In this document: piece after piece, positions 13,012 through 26,765 of the stretch
Layout of the letters: each line of letters begins with the position of its first letter
Position numbering within the stretch: position 1 is the stretch's first letter
Origin: Squalus acanthias
Taxonomy: Eukaryota
Length of the DNA stretch: 64,000 nt
Reading direction: 5' to 3'
NCBI GenBank assembly: GCA_030390025.1
Contig: CM059432.1
Coordinates: forward strand, 70,434,001-70,498,000
Translations under genes and position numbers: made by a program
Notes under the pieces: generated by a model
Databases searched by the model: none
What the model was told of the DNA's origin: nothing
What the model saw: the letters and a program-made list of their open reading frames with translations, nothing else

Positions 13012-13902
13012 GTATGTATCAAACTGAAGGGTGGACCCAAGGCACACAAACTTTTTTTGTTGAGTCACAGATTCAAACCACATTCTCAGGTTTTCACAGA
13101 ATAGTTTTCCATTTTGTAAAAGAAAACACCTACTGCACAGTAAAATGATCACTGCTGACTCCAAGTATTCTTTTCAATATTAACTCATCTTAATCCATTG
13201 TCTAGTATGTTCTCACATTTGGTAGAAATGCGTGTTTACCTGCTTTATATTATATTTGATATAAAGTGTTCTAACTAGTACTGTAATAAGTTTATACTAA
13301 AGAACATTTGAGCCCGAGTTCAAAAAGTAACCTTTGCCAATTTAAAAAATGTTTCCCTGTTCCATTTTTCTTTCTCCTTTATGCCCCCCCCCCCCCGCAC
13401 ACACACACTTGCTATTTACGAATCCCTGAGCAAGAAGGCAGAGAGTTGAACTTCTGCAAAACCTCTGTTAGCATTGCTCTGTAACTGATCTGTTTGGTGC
13501 GTCTAAGAGCAGCTTGGGTGAAATGCCTAATGCCCCCTCTGCCCCTTTTAGGAGTTTTCTGGTTTCTGCTGGATACTTCCCTTTGGTGGCCTAAATCAGG
13601 AACTCTTGTTGCTGTTTACCTGCAAAATGACTGCTGTGTTTGCTGACATAGCAACTGTTGCTCTACCTCAGAGTAATTCATTATATGTGCACAGGAGTCC
13701 AGAGTCAAAGCACTTTGATATATTCCTGAGAGACATAAACCAATATATAAAAGTCTTTAGCTAACTAGGAAAATCACTGGTGAAAATTTATGTTTTGCTG
13801 TAGAACACAGCACATTTGTACACAAACCAATGTGGCATTCTTTTAGCTGAAAAATACTTATTTTTGATAAATAAGTATTAACATATTGCAGCTCTTTTGC
13901 AG

Positions 13903-14067
13903 TGCAAAAATTGAAGAGTCTTAGAAAGAACAAAAAAAGAAGGAAGAAAAAGAAGAAAGTTTATCATATACCTTCTGACATAGTAGCGGTTCCAGAATTG
14001 ACCAAATACTGGGCTCAGCGTTACAGACTGTTTTCGCGCTTCGACGAGGGAGTCAAACTTGACCAGG
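13903..14067 (+). CDS. TGS1: TGS1 coding exon (probable exon 9): basic K/R tract and KYWAQRYRLFSRFDEGVKLD
   Basis: cttttgcag acceptor, G|gttggt donor; start of the conserved methyltransferase domain. Confidence 0.95.
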
Positions 14068-14377
14068 GTTGGTAACTGGACTTGTTTCTGTACTTATTAT
14101 GTGTTGTTTTTCATACTTCTGAACCAATTGCATATGCCATGCCATACTGGGAATCAGATTGGCATATTGTGCACATGGTGATTGCATTGTGTCATGTTAC
14201 AAGGGTGGTGTTCCTGTGGGTACACACTTGTCTTGTACATTTGTTTGGGATCCTTGGGTGTAACGGCTGTCCATTTGTTCCCATTTCCCTTGTATTCCTG
14301 TTGCTCGTAGGGGTATTGGTCCCATGGTCTGTTGCGCACTTCCATGCATCATTATGAGTGTCAATTCCTCTGTTTAT

Positions 14378-15060
14378 AATAGAATCATAGACGAGTACAC
14401 CACAGAAGGAGGCCATTCGGCCCATCGCGTCTGCGCCGGCTCTTTCAAAGAGCAGTCCAATTTGTCTCACTCCCTCGCTCTTTCCCCATATCCCTGAAAT
14501 TTGTTCTCCTTCAAGTACTTATCCAATTCCCTATTGAAGTCTACTATTGAATCTGTTACCACCACCCTATCAGGCAGTGCATTCCAAATCCTAACCACTC
14601 GTTGCGTAAACAAAGTTTTTCTTCATGTCGCCTCTGATTCTTGTGCCAATCATCTTAAATCTGTGCCCTCTGGTTATCGACCCTTCATCCATTAGATTCT
14701 CTTTATTTACTGTATCTAAACCCTTCATGATTTTAAACACCGCTGTCAAATTTCCTTTTAGTCTTCTCTGCTCTAAGGAGAACAACCCCAGCTTATCTAG
14801 TCTATCTACGTAACTGTATTCCCTCATCCCTGGAACCATTCTAGTAAATCTTTTCAGTACCCTCTCCAAAGCCTTCACGTTCTTCCTAAAGTATGGTGCC
14901 CAGAATTGCGCACACTGTGCCAGCTGGGGCTGAATCAGTGTTTTATATATGTTTAGCATAACTTCCTGACTTTTTTACTCTATGCCTCTATTTATAAAGT
15001 CCAGAATCTCGAATGCTTTACCAACTGCCCTGTCAACCTGTCCTGCCACCTTCAAAGACC
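14378..15060 (-). mobile_element. CR1 LINE 3' fragment
   Basis: [29 protein letters not shown] peptide; tail atagaatcataga. Confidence 0.9.
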
Positions 15061-15099
15061 CACTCACCAATGTGGAGCAGGACTGATCTCATGCATATT

Positions 15100-15420
15100 A
15101 AAGCCCATCCTGTGCTTCCTGTTGGGAGCCTACCAAAGGAAAGGGGATATGGGGAAAACTGCACGAGTAAGAATTTCTTAAAGGACTGTTAGTACAGACT
15201 TCGACTGGCCAGCCAGCAGAGCGCACCCACCGGACGCCCGACACTCCCAGCGAGAGGCCCGGCACACTCGATGGCCAAGCCCCACCAACACTCGTCTGGC
15301 AGGCCACAGGAGACCCCCTGCGGAGCAAGGACCACGCCGGGCCTGCAAGAACCAAAGATGTTTCCCCACAAACAATCCGTGTTCACAAAGACAAACATGA
15401 CAATCAACTGTTCCAAGGCC
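15100..15420 (-). mobile_element. Possible degenerate L1/Tx1-like ORF2 C-terminal fragment
   Basis: GC-rich island with weak by-eye resemblance to the Tx1 C-terminus; not diagnostic. Confidence 0.25.
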
Positions 15421-15834
15421 TCAGCCAGCCACAGAACTCCTCCTACCTCCCTTTCCGCCCCCCCCCCCCCCCCACTCTATAGAACTCCAAATTACATATG
15501 GAGGATAGACTTTCCTTTTTTACATTGAAAATCCTGAGGGCAGAGTTTAGGATTCCCTGTGTGGTGGTGGTGGGGATTTCTCGATTCCCACTGGAGCAGT
15601 CTTAATAGGGTTGGTATTGAAATATCAATTATTGTGGGCATCAGCTTTTCCTTGTGTTCATGTGCAGCTGGTTGCAGGAGAAGGGTACTCCTTTCCTGGT
15701 TTGCAGTTGAGAGTGGTGTTGTAATGGTAATCTGAGGCTGGAGGGGTGCTTTATCCCTTCAACTGACAACTGTGTACCTGTGGCGCTCCTCTACATCAGC
15801 TCCTCATATTTGTATAGCACTGTTAATATCATAA

Positions 15835-16041
<207 letters not shown>

Positions 16042-17964
16042 TGACTTTGAGCTGCTTATTCTACCGTACTGCAGGAATCTAATTATGTCTGTGCATTACA
16101 TTGTCAATGGAAACTTGTATTTCACAGTCATTTACCAATGTAGAATCTTGACTCGGTTCATAAAGGTAGCTGCACAGGATACTAACATACCATACTCCGC
16201 TCTTCTCCATTTACAAAACTGAATCTCTTCTAATCCTTAAGGTGACGTGCATCAGATCTGGTTTAATTGAACATAGTTGCTGTGTTCATATATAGTTCTG
16301 AATACCCAGCCAGTGCAGAAAAGGTCATGTGCTGATATGTTCATGCTGATTAGGAAATCTTAATAATGGTAGCTATCTTGAATATATACTTAAACCTACT
16401 AGGTGATGAATGAATATCAATTTGAACAATTTTAAGTAATAAAAATCAATACAATAGTCAAGTGGCATGAAGTGAGCAGAATTTAGTTACTTTTTGCTCA
16501 TGGTATTGGAAGGGTTCAAGTCCAGTAAAGTGCATGTCAGTGTCTATTTTTGGAATTTCTTTAGTTAATTTTGCCCTTATCGAGATAAGTGTGTTGGTAC
16601 TTGAGAATGGTATACTTTTCAACACTTTACATCCAAAGGCAGCACCAAACACTCCCAGGTCAGATAACATACGAGTTAGATTCAGCATAAAGTTCCTTGG
16701 TCGATCTGAATCTCAGAAAAGCACCCGACTGCTCCAGTATGGCATTTCTTCTTTACTTGCTACTTGTGGTCCTTCTGGGTGAGATTACTTATTGGTGCTA
16801 AATTATTGGTAGTTTTGTGCTCTATATTAATGAGGAATTAAGTAGGGAGACGAGACTCATCCCATTAGTCTGGACTATGTTTTACATGTGTCCTAGAGGT
16901 GAAGGTGCACCTTTCTGACCAATGAACCATGAGTCCCAGGCCAGTTTTCTCCTCAGCATACTGATAATGCAGTCTAAACTGCATTTGCTAAGCTTGGTGG
17001 TGTCTTTTTTATATATATATACACTAGTTTAGGTTCATGATTCAGGATAGGATTGTAAGGTAATGGACTGGGTCACGGGCTAAGACTGCCAAAAAAAAAA
17101 AAAAAATTCTGCAACCAGTAGGTGTTCTTAGCTGGATTTCCTGATGGGTATACAGAGGAAGGGAGTAATCAGCATTTGTCATATAGATGCTGCATCACCT
17201 AATCTGAATACTTTTTTGTTAAAACTTAAGTACTTCTCCTCCAATATCGATTGTTTTTGAAATAGATTACATTAGTATATGGTAATTGTACTTCACTATT
17301 CTCCTATTTGGAATTAGCGTTTGCATAAAGTACATGTGATTTCCATAAATCTCCCAGAACTAAAAAAAACATTCTTGCTGGTGCAGGGGAAAAGGAGCTG
17401 TATCTGGGTATCTAGAGATATTGTACATTTTACAATTTTAAACTCTCGGGTTTTCATAGTCAGATGCTCTTCCCACATCTGTGTGTAAGGCCTCATTGTA
17501 AGCCACACTTAGTTTTTTTTTTCTCCCAGCAACAATAGCAATCCTAATTTTTGTCCTTACACAAAGGATTCTTCTTGTCATTTTAATTGCTGTATTTACA
17601 CTATTGTATAATTTAGGTTGTCTTAAATAGGTTATCTAGAAGTTTTGCAAAGGGTCAGCTTCAGCTATTGATGGTGCAGCTGTGGATGAGAGATATTTTT
17701 AATATTTGTAGATGAAGGCCCAGTGCTTCAGCTAGATTTTTCACAATTGATGCCAGGAAATGGTTGCAAGTTCTGAACTAAATATCGTGGACCATTGGCA
17801 CGGATAGAGACTCACAAGAATTCTTGTGTTTTTTGCTGATATTGTGCAATTTCCAGAGGGATGAAGCCTGCTCTAAGCTCAGCAAAAATTGAGCTATTAT
17901 TTCTAATTTACTGGATGGCACTGGTCTAGAAAAGTATGATCTCCCTTTATCCATCCAAAATAAC

Positions 17965-18927
17965 GACACAAGATTAGGGCTCATGGGGTTGGGGGTAATA
18001 TAGTAGCCTGGATAGATGATTGGTTAACGGACAGAAAACAGAGAGCAGGGATAAACAGATCTTTTTCAGGTTGGCAGGCTGTAACTAGTGGGGTACCTCA
18101 AGGATCAGTGTTGGGGCCTCAGCTATTTACAATCTATATTAATGACCTAGATGAAGGGACCGAATGTAATGTATCCAAGTTTGCTGATGATACAAAGCTA
18201 GGTGGGACAGTAAGATGTGAGGAAAACACAAAGAGTCTGCAAAGGGATTTAGATAGACTAAGTGAGTGGGCAGTAAGGTGGCAGGTGGAGTATAATGTAG
18301 GGAAATGTGAGGTTATTCACTTTGGTAGGAAGAATAGAAAAACAGAATATTTTTTAAATGGTGAGAAACTTTCAAATGTTGGTGTTCAGAGAGATTTGGG
18401 TTTCCTAGTGCAAGAAACACAGAAAGCTAGCATGCAGGTACAGCAAGCAATAAGGAAGGCAAATGGCATGTTGGCCTTTATTGCAAGGGGGATGAGAGAT
18501 TGTGTAGAATGGGCCTATACTCTCTGGAGTTCAGAAGAATGAGAGGAGATCTCATTGCAACATACAAGATTCTGAAGGGGATTGACAGGGGAGATGCTGA
18601 GAGGTTGTTTCCCCTGGCTGGAGTGTCTAGAACTAGGGGGCATAGTCTCGGAATAAGGGGTAGGCCATTTGAGACCGAGATGAGGGGGAATTTCTTCACT
18701 CAGAGGGTTGTGAATCTTTGGAATTCTCTGCCCCAGTGGGCTGTGAATGCTGAGTCTTTGAGTAGATTCAAGGCTGAGATAGATTTTTGGACTCTAGGGG
18801 AATCGAGGGATATGGAGATCGGGCGGGAAGGTGGAGTTGAGGTCGATGATCAGCCATGATCTTATTGAATGGTGGAGCAGGCTCGAGGGGCCGTATGGCC
18901 TACTCCTGCTCTTATTTCTTATGTTCT
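17965..18927 (+). mobile_element. CR1 LINE RT/3' fragment
   Basis: GVPQGSVLGPQLFTIYINDL...SKFADDTKL motif and CR1 3' end. Confidence 0.93.
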
Positions 18928-19079
18928 AACTACATCTAAGGAGCACAGTCAGGGGAAGAATAGAATACAGATTTTTGACTAACTTTTCATTGAAACTGGC
19001 AATGACTGCTGCTGCATTAAATTAAGGTGAGTTGGCCAAAGCTGGTTCGAAATAAGAAGTCAAGGAGCAAGGCTAATCT

Positions 19080-21470
19080 CGGGCCCCGATATTAACTTGG
19101 AGGCATGCGTGGGTTGACGTTGCAAGGTATTGCGATGATGTCGTCTTGCATGGATAGAGTGGCCAACTGCATGGAACATCAAATGCCACAATCAAATGAG
19201 CCCATGCACGCCTTGCACACACTGGATGGTAACATGTCCGCCGCCTTAAATAGGATGACAGCTAACTTAGACTTCGCCTTGCAGCGCCCCAATGATCTGC
19301 ACCAAAGTGCTCTCCAGCAGAGTGGTAGCAGTGAATTGCAGCTGGCCCATGAAAGGGATGATGGCGAAAGAGGACATGGAAGTGGGAACTCCACTTAAAG
19401 CGCTTCCACTTCTCGCCCATTGCATGCTGCCTCGTGTCCCGATGGCCGAGTCTGCCCCTGCACAGGTGAAGCAGTCTTTGGCGGGGCCCTCACGGGCTCC
19501 AAAACCCAGAGCGCGTTGGCCAAGAGCACCTCAGCAGTCAGAACAGGGATCTGAGCAGCCAGCCTCTACCTCTGCTGAAGCCACATGGGTTGCACCAGGT
19601 AGAAATGGTAGGAAAAGGAAGATTAAAGCTTTGTAGTTGCGCAAGGGTATGAGAAAATGTTATGTTAAGTTTCGGTTCTTTAGTAGAATCACATAAATAA
19701 ATAATATTATTTTGTACCACTTTCCCATCTTGCCCATTCTTGGTTGCTGGGTGGCAAGTCGCCTTTTAACTTGCTTGATAATGAATGGGAAGACATGAAT
19801 TGACGGGACCAATGAGGGGATGGTTGGTTGTTTGCTGGCCTGCTTTGTGTCAGTGGCATTGGGGGGTGCGGGAAGAATGGCCGTTGCATGTGCTTCTGAC
19901 ATTGGTCCACATGTGCAACCTAAGTGAATTTTACATTAATAAGGGCATCCCGGGCAGCAATGTGAGCAGCTGGTGCTGCGTTGCCCTCATCACCTTCCTC
20001 CTCTTCGGAAAAGTCCACAGAGGATCTGAGCCCTGCACCTTGTTCCTCCTGCGGATCCAAACGTTGCTGCTGTGCAATGTTGTGCAGAGCGCAGCACACC
20101 ACGACCATTCTGGACACCCTGGCTGGTGCAGACTGAAGGGTGCCTCCAAATCTGTCCAGGCACCTGAAGCGCATCTTTAGCATTGTTTGTTCACACATCT
20201 GGTGGTCATATGCAATTCATTGTAACACTTTTGGGCTTCATTGGTCAGGTTTCTGAGGGATGTCATCAGCCAAGTTTGAAGTGGGTAACCCTTGTTTCCT
20301 AGCAGCCACCCCTTAAGTGTACTTGCAGGTCCAAAGACGTCATGGAGCTTGGACTGCAGCAGGATGAAAGCGCCATGGCAGCTCCCCGGGAATCTTGCGC
20401 ACATCTGCATAAAGATCTTTTTGTGGTTGCACACCAGCTGCACGTTGATGGCGTGGAAGCCCTTGCCGTTCACAAATACCCCATGTTAATCTGGGGATGC
20501 ACAAATTGTCAAGTGTACACAGGGGAATGGGGGTTAGAGAGAAATTGGGGGAATGGGTTTCAGAGATAGAGGGATATAGGGAGACTGGAGAATAGGGTCA
20601 GAGAAGGAGACGGGACAGGGAGAGGGAATGGGGTCGGGCAAGAGGCAGATTGGGGAATGGGGTCAGAGAGAGCTAGAGGTAGAGAGGTTGTTTTCTTTGG
20701 AACAGAGGAGGCTGAGGGGAGACTTAATTTAGGTGTATAAAATTATGAGGGGGCCTAGATAGAGTGGATAGGAAGGACCTATTTCCCTTAGCAGATAGGT
20801 CAATAACCAGGGGGCATAGATTTAAAGTAATTGGGAGAAGGATTAGAGGGAAGTTGAGGGAACATTTTTTCACCCAGAGGGTTTAAAAAGTACTTTTAAC
20901 ATCACATTTAAAAAGTACTTGGATATGCACTTGGAGTGTTGTAACCTGCATAGCTACGGACCAAGAGCTGGAAAGTGGAATTAGGCTGGATAGCTCTTTT
21001 TCGGCCGGCACAAACACAATGGGCCAAATGGCCTCCTGTGTTGTAAATTTCTATGATGACACCATGCACCTGTGGAAAGCCAGCCAGAGACGCAAACCCG
21101 AGCGCTCACTCACTCATTCATTCTGCCTGGCGTCATCGCAGGCAAAGTTCACATAATGGCCAGCCTTGGCAAACGACCCATCATTCACCTGTCTTATGCA
21201 TTTGTGGGCCGCCGACTGGGAGATCTTGGATATGTCTCCAGCAGAGCCCTGGGAGGATCCAGAGGCAAAAAAGTTGACGCCATTGGTCACATAGACAGCC
21301 ACTGGTAACACGTGGCCAGCAGGGAGCAGGTAGTCTTCTAGGAGGTGGCACATGTCTGCCACAACCTGAGCCTTCTGAAGCAGTGCTGTTCCGACATGTC
21401 AAGGAAACTCCGTACCTAGAATGTTCTTCGGGGTGGTAGGATAGTGGCGGCAAAATCTCTTGGAATCCTT
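19080..21470. mobile_element. Degenerate PIF/Harbinger transposon (transposase remnant on -, partner-gene C-terminus on +), interrupted by CR1
   Basis: Minus frames: LPVAVYVTNGVNFFASGS.QGSAGDI, KGFHAINVQLVCNH..ARFPGSCH..WLLGNKGYPL, MLKMRFRCLD..CCALHNIA. Plus frame: AGPSRAPKPR..RKRKIK; frameshifted. Confidence 0.85.
20519..21058 (+). mobile_element. Purine-rich tract plus CR1 3' fragment inserted in the Harbinger transposase
   Basis: [20 protein letters not shown] segment and CR1 tail; it splits the GVI..TH motif of the transposase. Confidence 0.85.
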
Positions 21471-22319
21471 CAAGAGGCATTTAGATGCTGTGTTGGAGGT
21501 GGAGGGAAATCAGGTTTCTAGGAAAGGATGAACTGAATGCATTCCTCATCTGTACTTGTCATTGTGAGCCGATTTTATGGGTATATTTTTGAGGAGGAGG
21601 AGTAAGAGCCTCAAACCTCTTGTATGCCAGGTCATGTTTTTTATTCTTTTGACTTTATTTCATGCATCACCTCCCAGTTGGGTGTATATGTCATTGAGAT
21701 TTCTGATGCCAACACAGAGTCTTATTTAAGACTTTGATAATTTCTAAGTTATCTTCTTCTCTCCTACCTCCTGCACAAGAATGGTCTTGGAGAACATAGA
21801 TCAGTTTTATACAACCTGTGATAGGCTCCTGTGGTGCTCTGTGTCCAGACTAAATGTGGAAAACTTCCCAATTAGACAAAGCCTTCCTTTCCCTCTTAAA
21901 AAATGTAGCTGGGGAAAATCTCTATATACAAAGTGCTCTTCAAATGAGACCAGCATCTTGTAAGATTTCTTGAGTCAATCGACTCAGATCAGTGATTTTA
22001 TGAACTCAAACCCTTCCAGGATCATTCTTGTGCTGCTGTAGGTTATATCCAGATGGCTAAACTTCTAAAGCAGTCGTAAGATTGATGGCCTAGATGTAGG
22101 ATTCAGAGTTCATATCAAAGCACTATGTCTTACAGACATGTCTGATTTGGTGCATTGAGTTTTCCCATTGATTTGAAGCCAAGCTAAACCTTTAATGAGA
22201 AACAATGCTTTGGTGACCAATGGAAACCCTTTTAAAAGGCTTTGAAGCAGCAACAAAGTTTTGAAGATATTCCAAGTGTAACTTCTAAAACAGTATACCC
22301 AAAGCAATGTTGGACTAAA

Positions 22320-22600
22320 CGCCTTTCACAACCTCAGGACATCCCAAAGCACTTTACAACCAACAAGGCACTTTTTTTAAACATAGTCGGTGTTGTAATG
22401 TAGGAAATGTAGAAGCCAGTTTGGCAAAACAAGGTCCCACAAACAGCAATATGATAATGAGCAGATAATCTGTTTTAGTGATGTTGGATGAGGGATAAAT
22501 ATTTGCCAGGACACAGAGGAGAACGCCCCTGTCTTTCTTTGAAATAATGCCATGGGATCTTTTACATCCACCTGAGAGGGCTGTTTAACGTTTCATCTGA
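22320..22600 (-). mobile_element. Deu-domain-type SINE fragment
   Basis: Highly similar to the copies at 44680-45000 and 35612-35725 (gccatgggatcttttacRtccacctgagagggc). Confidence 0.7.
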
Positions 22601-23131
22601 AAAACGGATGGGTTGATATCTGGCATCGAAGGAGTTGGCTCTTTTCGAAGCAAAGAAAACTGCGTGCTTAGAATCAAGTAATCTGTGGAAGGCTGTTGGC
22701 AAAAGCCCTAGCTGCTGCTTTTACCACGATTCCTGACCAGTAACTTCCCTTCATTGCAATTTCAGGGATGGGCAATAAATACTGGCCTTGCCAGCGACGC
22801 CCACATTCCAGGAACACTTTTTTTAAATCCCAAATTCTGATAGATCTGCCAGTGTGGGACTGCATACAGTGAATAACTAAGATGTGGCTTGGAAATGGAT
22901 GTAGTTTTTATAAGGTGGGCTTAGGTCAAGTGCCTAACCAAGATGACTCTGCATGGCATGAAGCTCTTAAAGGAGCAGCAACTCCAGATGCTCTTTCCCT
23001 GTTGCATGAGGCAGTACTTAATTGTACCTGGAGTTTGAATGACTTTCAAAGAATAACTACTATGCCTACATTTATTAATCTCACATTCTTCTGTGTTATT
23101 TTATTTTAACAGTAATCTTCCTTCAACATGA

Positions 23132-23428
<297 letters not shown>

Positions 23429-23629
23429 TAGAATGTATTTTATAGTTGAGAAATAAGGTTTGTTAATATTTGTTTTGAAAGCTGTTTTTGCATGTTTGTG
23501 AATTTTGATTAGCAGGCAAAGCATTACAATAGTTAGTGTCTATAATGAAAATAGTTGAATATTGAGAATAATTGAATGCACAGTACAAGAAATATTTATT
23601 TAAGGACAGGACCTGATTAATGCTTTATG

Positions 23630-24237
23630 TCCTTGTTTCCCACCCGCAGCCAGCCAGTTTGAGAGGCTGTCAGGCAGGTAGGCTTTCGACACCAGGCCGC
23701 AGCTGGGGAGAGATGGGAGGGATCGGAAATGCCGGAGAGATCAGGGGTGAGGGTGGAAGGTCGAGGGGAGGGGAGAGATCGGAGGCCGGAGAAATTGGAA
23801 GCTTGGGATCGGAAAGGTTGGAGGGGGACGGAGATCGGAATGGCGGGGGTGCAGTGGCGGAGATTGGAAGCTGCAACCGGAGAGCACAGAGGAGTGAGGG
23901 GGAATCGGAAAGACTGGGTCGGCGGGGGATGGCATCGGCCGATCGTGAGAGTGGTTTATAGGTAAGCTTGGGGGCCAGGGGTAAGCACTTTGCTCCTCCT
24001 GGCCCATAAGCAGTGCTGGAAAGACACTTAGCTGCTGGATCCAGCACGTCCTCGCCTCCCTTCAGCTGTCTTATTAAAATATTTAAATGAGCGACCCACC
24101 TTCTGGGAGCAGATTGGTCGCCCGACCCCCGTGCCACCTCCGTTTAAATCAGAAGTGGGCGGGTTGGGTTCGGGTGTGAAATTTTTAACATCCCACCCAA
24201 CCTAAACTACCCATTCTTATGGGTTAAAATTCCCCCC
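23630..24237 (+). mobile_element. Truncated GC-rich non-autonomous DNA transposon (Harbinger-like MITE)
   Basis: Shares blocks with 24548-25421 and 54295-55188; ends in aaaattcccccc, like the Harbinger TIR. Confidence 0.6.
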
Positions 24238-24547
24238 AATAAATTAGGCAGTGTTCCTGCTGCTTATCATTGTACCAGTGATCCTTGCTGGAAGTAGGTG
24301 TCACGTAAAGACATAATTGGGCTTGGCTGTGATGGTTCCCATAGTCTAGTAGCCTGCTGGCAATGCTCTGTTAAGACATGCATACAGAATGAGGTAATGA
24401 AGGCCACTCCTAGCTGGGTCTGATGCCTTAAGAGAAGTGAGGGGTCAAATGCTAAATTGGCTGGTTCTACCCTTCATTTGATCCTTGTTTTTTTTCCCAC
24501 CCCAATCTATTTCTTGAACATGACCTGCAGGAAGCACTGGAAACATG

Positions 24548-25421
24548 GGCCGGAATTTTCTCAAGGTTGGGGGCTTGGAGCCTCCGAGGCAAGCGGGAAA
24601 CCCAGGGGGCCAATTCCCACAGGCCCTGCCGACTTTAACGGCGGGGCCTGATTTGAATGTGAGGCCTCTGATTCCCACCCACAGCCAGCCAGATTGAGAG
24701 GCTGGCTGCGGACGAGTAGGCCTCAAATACGAGGGGTCGGTCCGGGAGAGGGATCGCGGGGTCGGCTTGGTTGGGGATCTGGAGGGGGGGTGTCGGGGAT
24801 CAGCATGGCTGTATCTGCGGGGGGGGGGGTCGATCTGAGATCTTTGGTGGGTGGGGGGGGGGCGCTGGATAGAGGATTTGGCCGGCCACCGGAGGTTCAG
24901 GGCTGGCCTCAGCAACATCGGTGGAGTGGGGTCGGGGATTGTGGGAGGGGATCAGCATGGCAGGATCGGGGTGGTCGATTGGGGCAGGGGGGGAGGAGAA
25001 AGGACCGGGGCCAGCCACCAGAGGATGGTGGCCGGCCTCAGCATCAACGGTGGCGGGCGGGAGGCCTCATGGTGGGGATTGGAGGCCTTGGGCGGTGATC
25101 GGCGGCCCGGGGGCTGGTCTCCGATCGCAGGGAGTGGGTTAGGCAGGGACCCTGAATCCAGGAGGTAGGTATAAAGTCACTTACCTCCTGGATGCAGCAG
25201 TCTCCACCTCGCTTTAACTGCCGGGTTTCACAAATTATGTAAAACCTGACCACATGCAGTTAAATTCAAAATGGAGGTTAAAAAAGAGGCTTCCAGCCTC
25301 ATTACAGTATTTAAATTGACCTCCCAGACGTGGGCGGGATCAGGTTGGGAATCCCATTTTTAACAATTTAACTGCCCCCACGCTCCAAACCCACTAATTT
25401 TTTTAGGGGAAAATTCCGGCC
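24548..25421 (+). mobile_element. Non-autonomous Harbinger-like MITE
   Basis: 13-bp perfect TIR GGCCGGAATTTTC / GAAAATTCCGGCC; flanks ATG/GTG (imperfect 3-bp TSD). Confidence 0.8.
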
Positions 25422-25929
25422 GTGGTGATGGAAATGTCAACATATTTAGAATGCTATTGATAACCTTAAGCTGTGCTGATGACCAAGATGTCTTGGCAGA
25501 ATCAGAAACCATAATGCCACTACTTGCTCATCTAAGCTCTTGCATCATCAGTGAGAAGGGTGATTTAAAAACCACTACCTACCCACAGTGCAAATTAAAA
25601 AGTGCAAAGAATATCTTAAAACTATGTACAGTAGCTCATATATTATTTCAGTACAGTCTAGCATCTTTATTAATCCTGGTGCAGATTTGCAAGAGATGGA
25701 GCAAGGAAGTTGTGGAAATTCAGGTATTCCGAGCTCAACTTACTTGGACATAGCCAAAGAATGCTTGGAACGATGAATTTTGCAGGTCAACAACTAGCGT
25801 TCAATGCCATTAGGGAAGAAGACACCTGTTTTCAACTAATAATGTCCTCACTTTAAAAACCTGCAGCAGTAACTCCAAGGATCCAAATTCCACAATCGCC
25901 AGCAGTTCATTGAAGTATTCCTTTAATAA

Positions 25930-26102
25930 CAAAAAACTTGAAATGTTAAATCTGAAACAAAAACAAACTTCTGGCAAGTCAAATCGATCAGCATCTAAAG
26001 ATTTAAAGAACAGGTTAATATTTTAGGTGTGGACCTCTGTCTTTTTCCTTTACGGATGCTGATGAACTTGCTGTAAATTTTCAGGGGTTTTTTTGTTTCA
26101 GT
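25930..26102. repeat. Old degenerate inverted repeat resembling the Penelope terminal-repeat palindrome
   Basis: ctgaaacaaaaa..caagt..atcagcatc..taaag pairs with cttta..gatgctgat..acttg..tttttgtttcag. Confidence 0.55.
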
Positions 26103-26223
26103 ATTGCTTTAGTCTTGCTTCAGACCTGTTTCTAATCTAAGTTGCTTTTCAGTTTAAAGTTGTATTTTTCATTGTTTGATCCTTCTGTTCCAAACTGCTT
26201 TGTACTTTGTTATTTTGCCTTGA

Positions 26224-26358
<135 letters not shown>

Positions 26359-26644
26359 TGATTTAAAAAAAACACAAACATTACTTTCAAATCACAGTTA
26401 CACCAACTTAAAATTGGTGTTGATTGATACCTAACTTTAGTGGCATAACTCTGTTCCTGGATCTATTGCAGACCAACCCTTTTGCTTTGCACAATTTTCA
26501 CTTATATGTATAAGCTATGCTTTATTTTAAGCACTACCTCAGAAAAGATAGTCTGCACACTTTAAATAAAAAGGTCTGCACAATTTTTTTGGACTTGGAT
26601 TTCATAGACCCCTTCTAAGTGTATTTTTGCTCAGTAGGTAGCAT

Positions 26645-26765
26645 TACTCAGGAATATGGGGAAAGAGCAGGGGAGTGGGTCTAATTGGATAGATCTTTCA
26701 AAGAGCCAGCACAGGCACAATGGGCCAAATGGCCTCCCTCTGTGCTGTATCATTCTATGATTCTC
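26645..26765 (+). mobile_element. Short CR1 3' end
   Basis: tatggggaaagagcaggggagtggg...gggccaaatggcctc...ttctatgattct tail. Confidence 0.8.
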
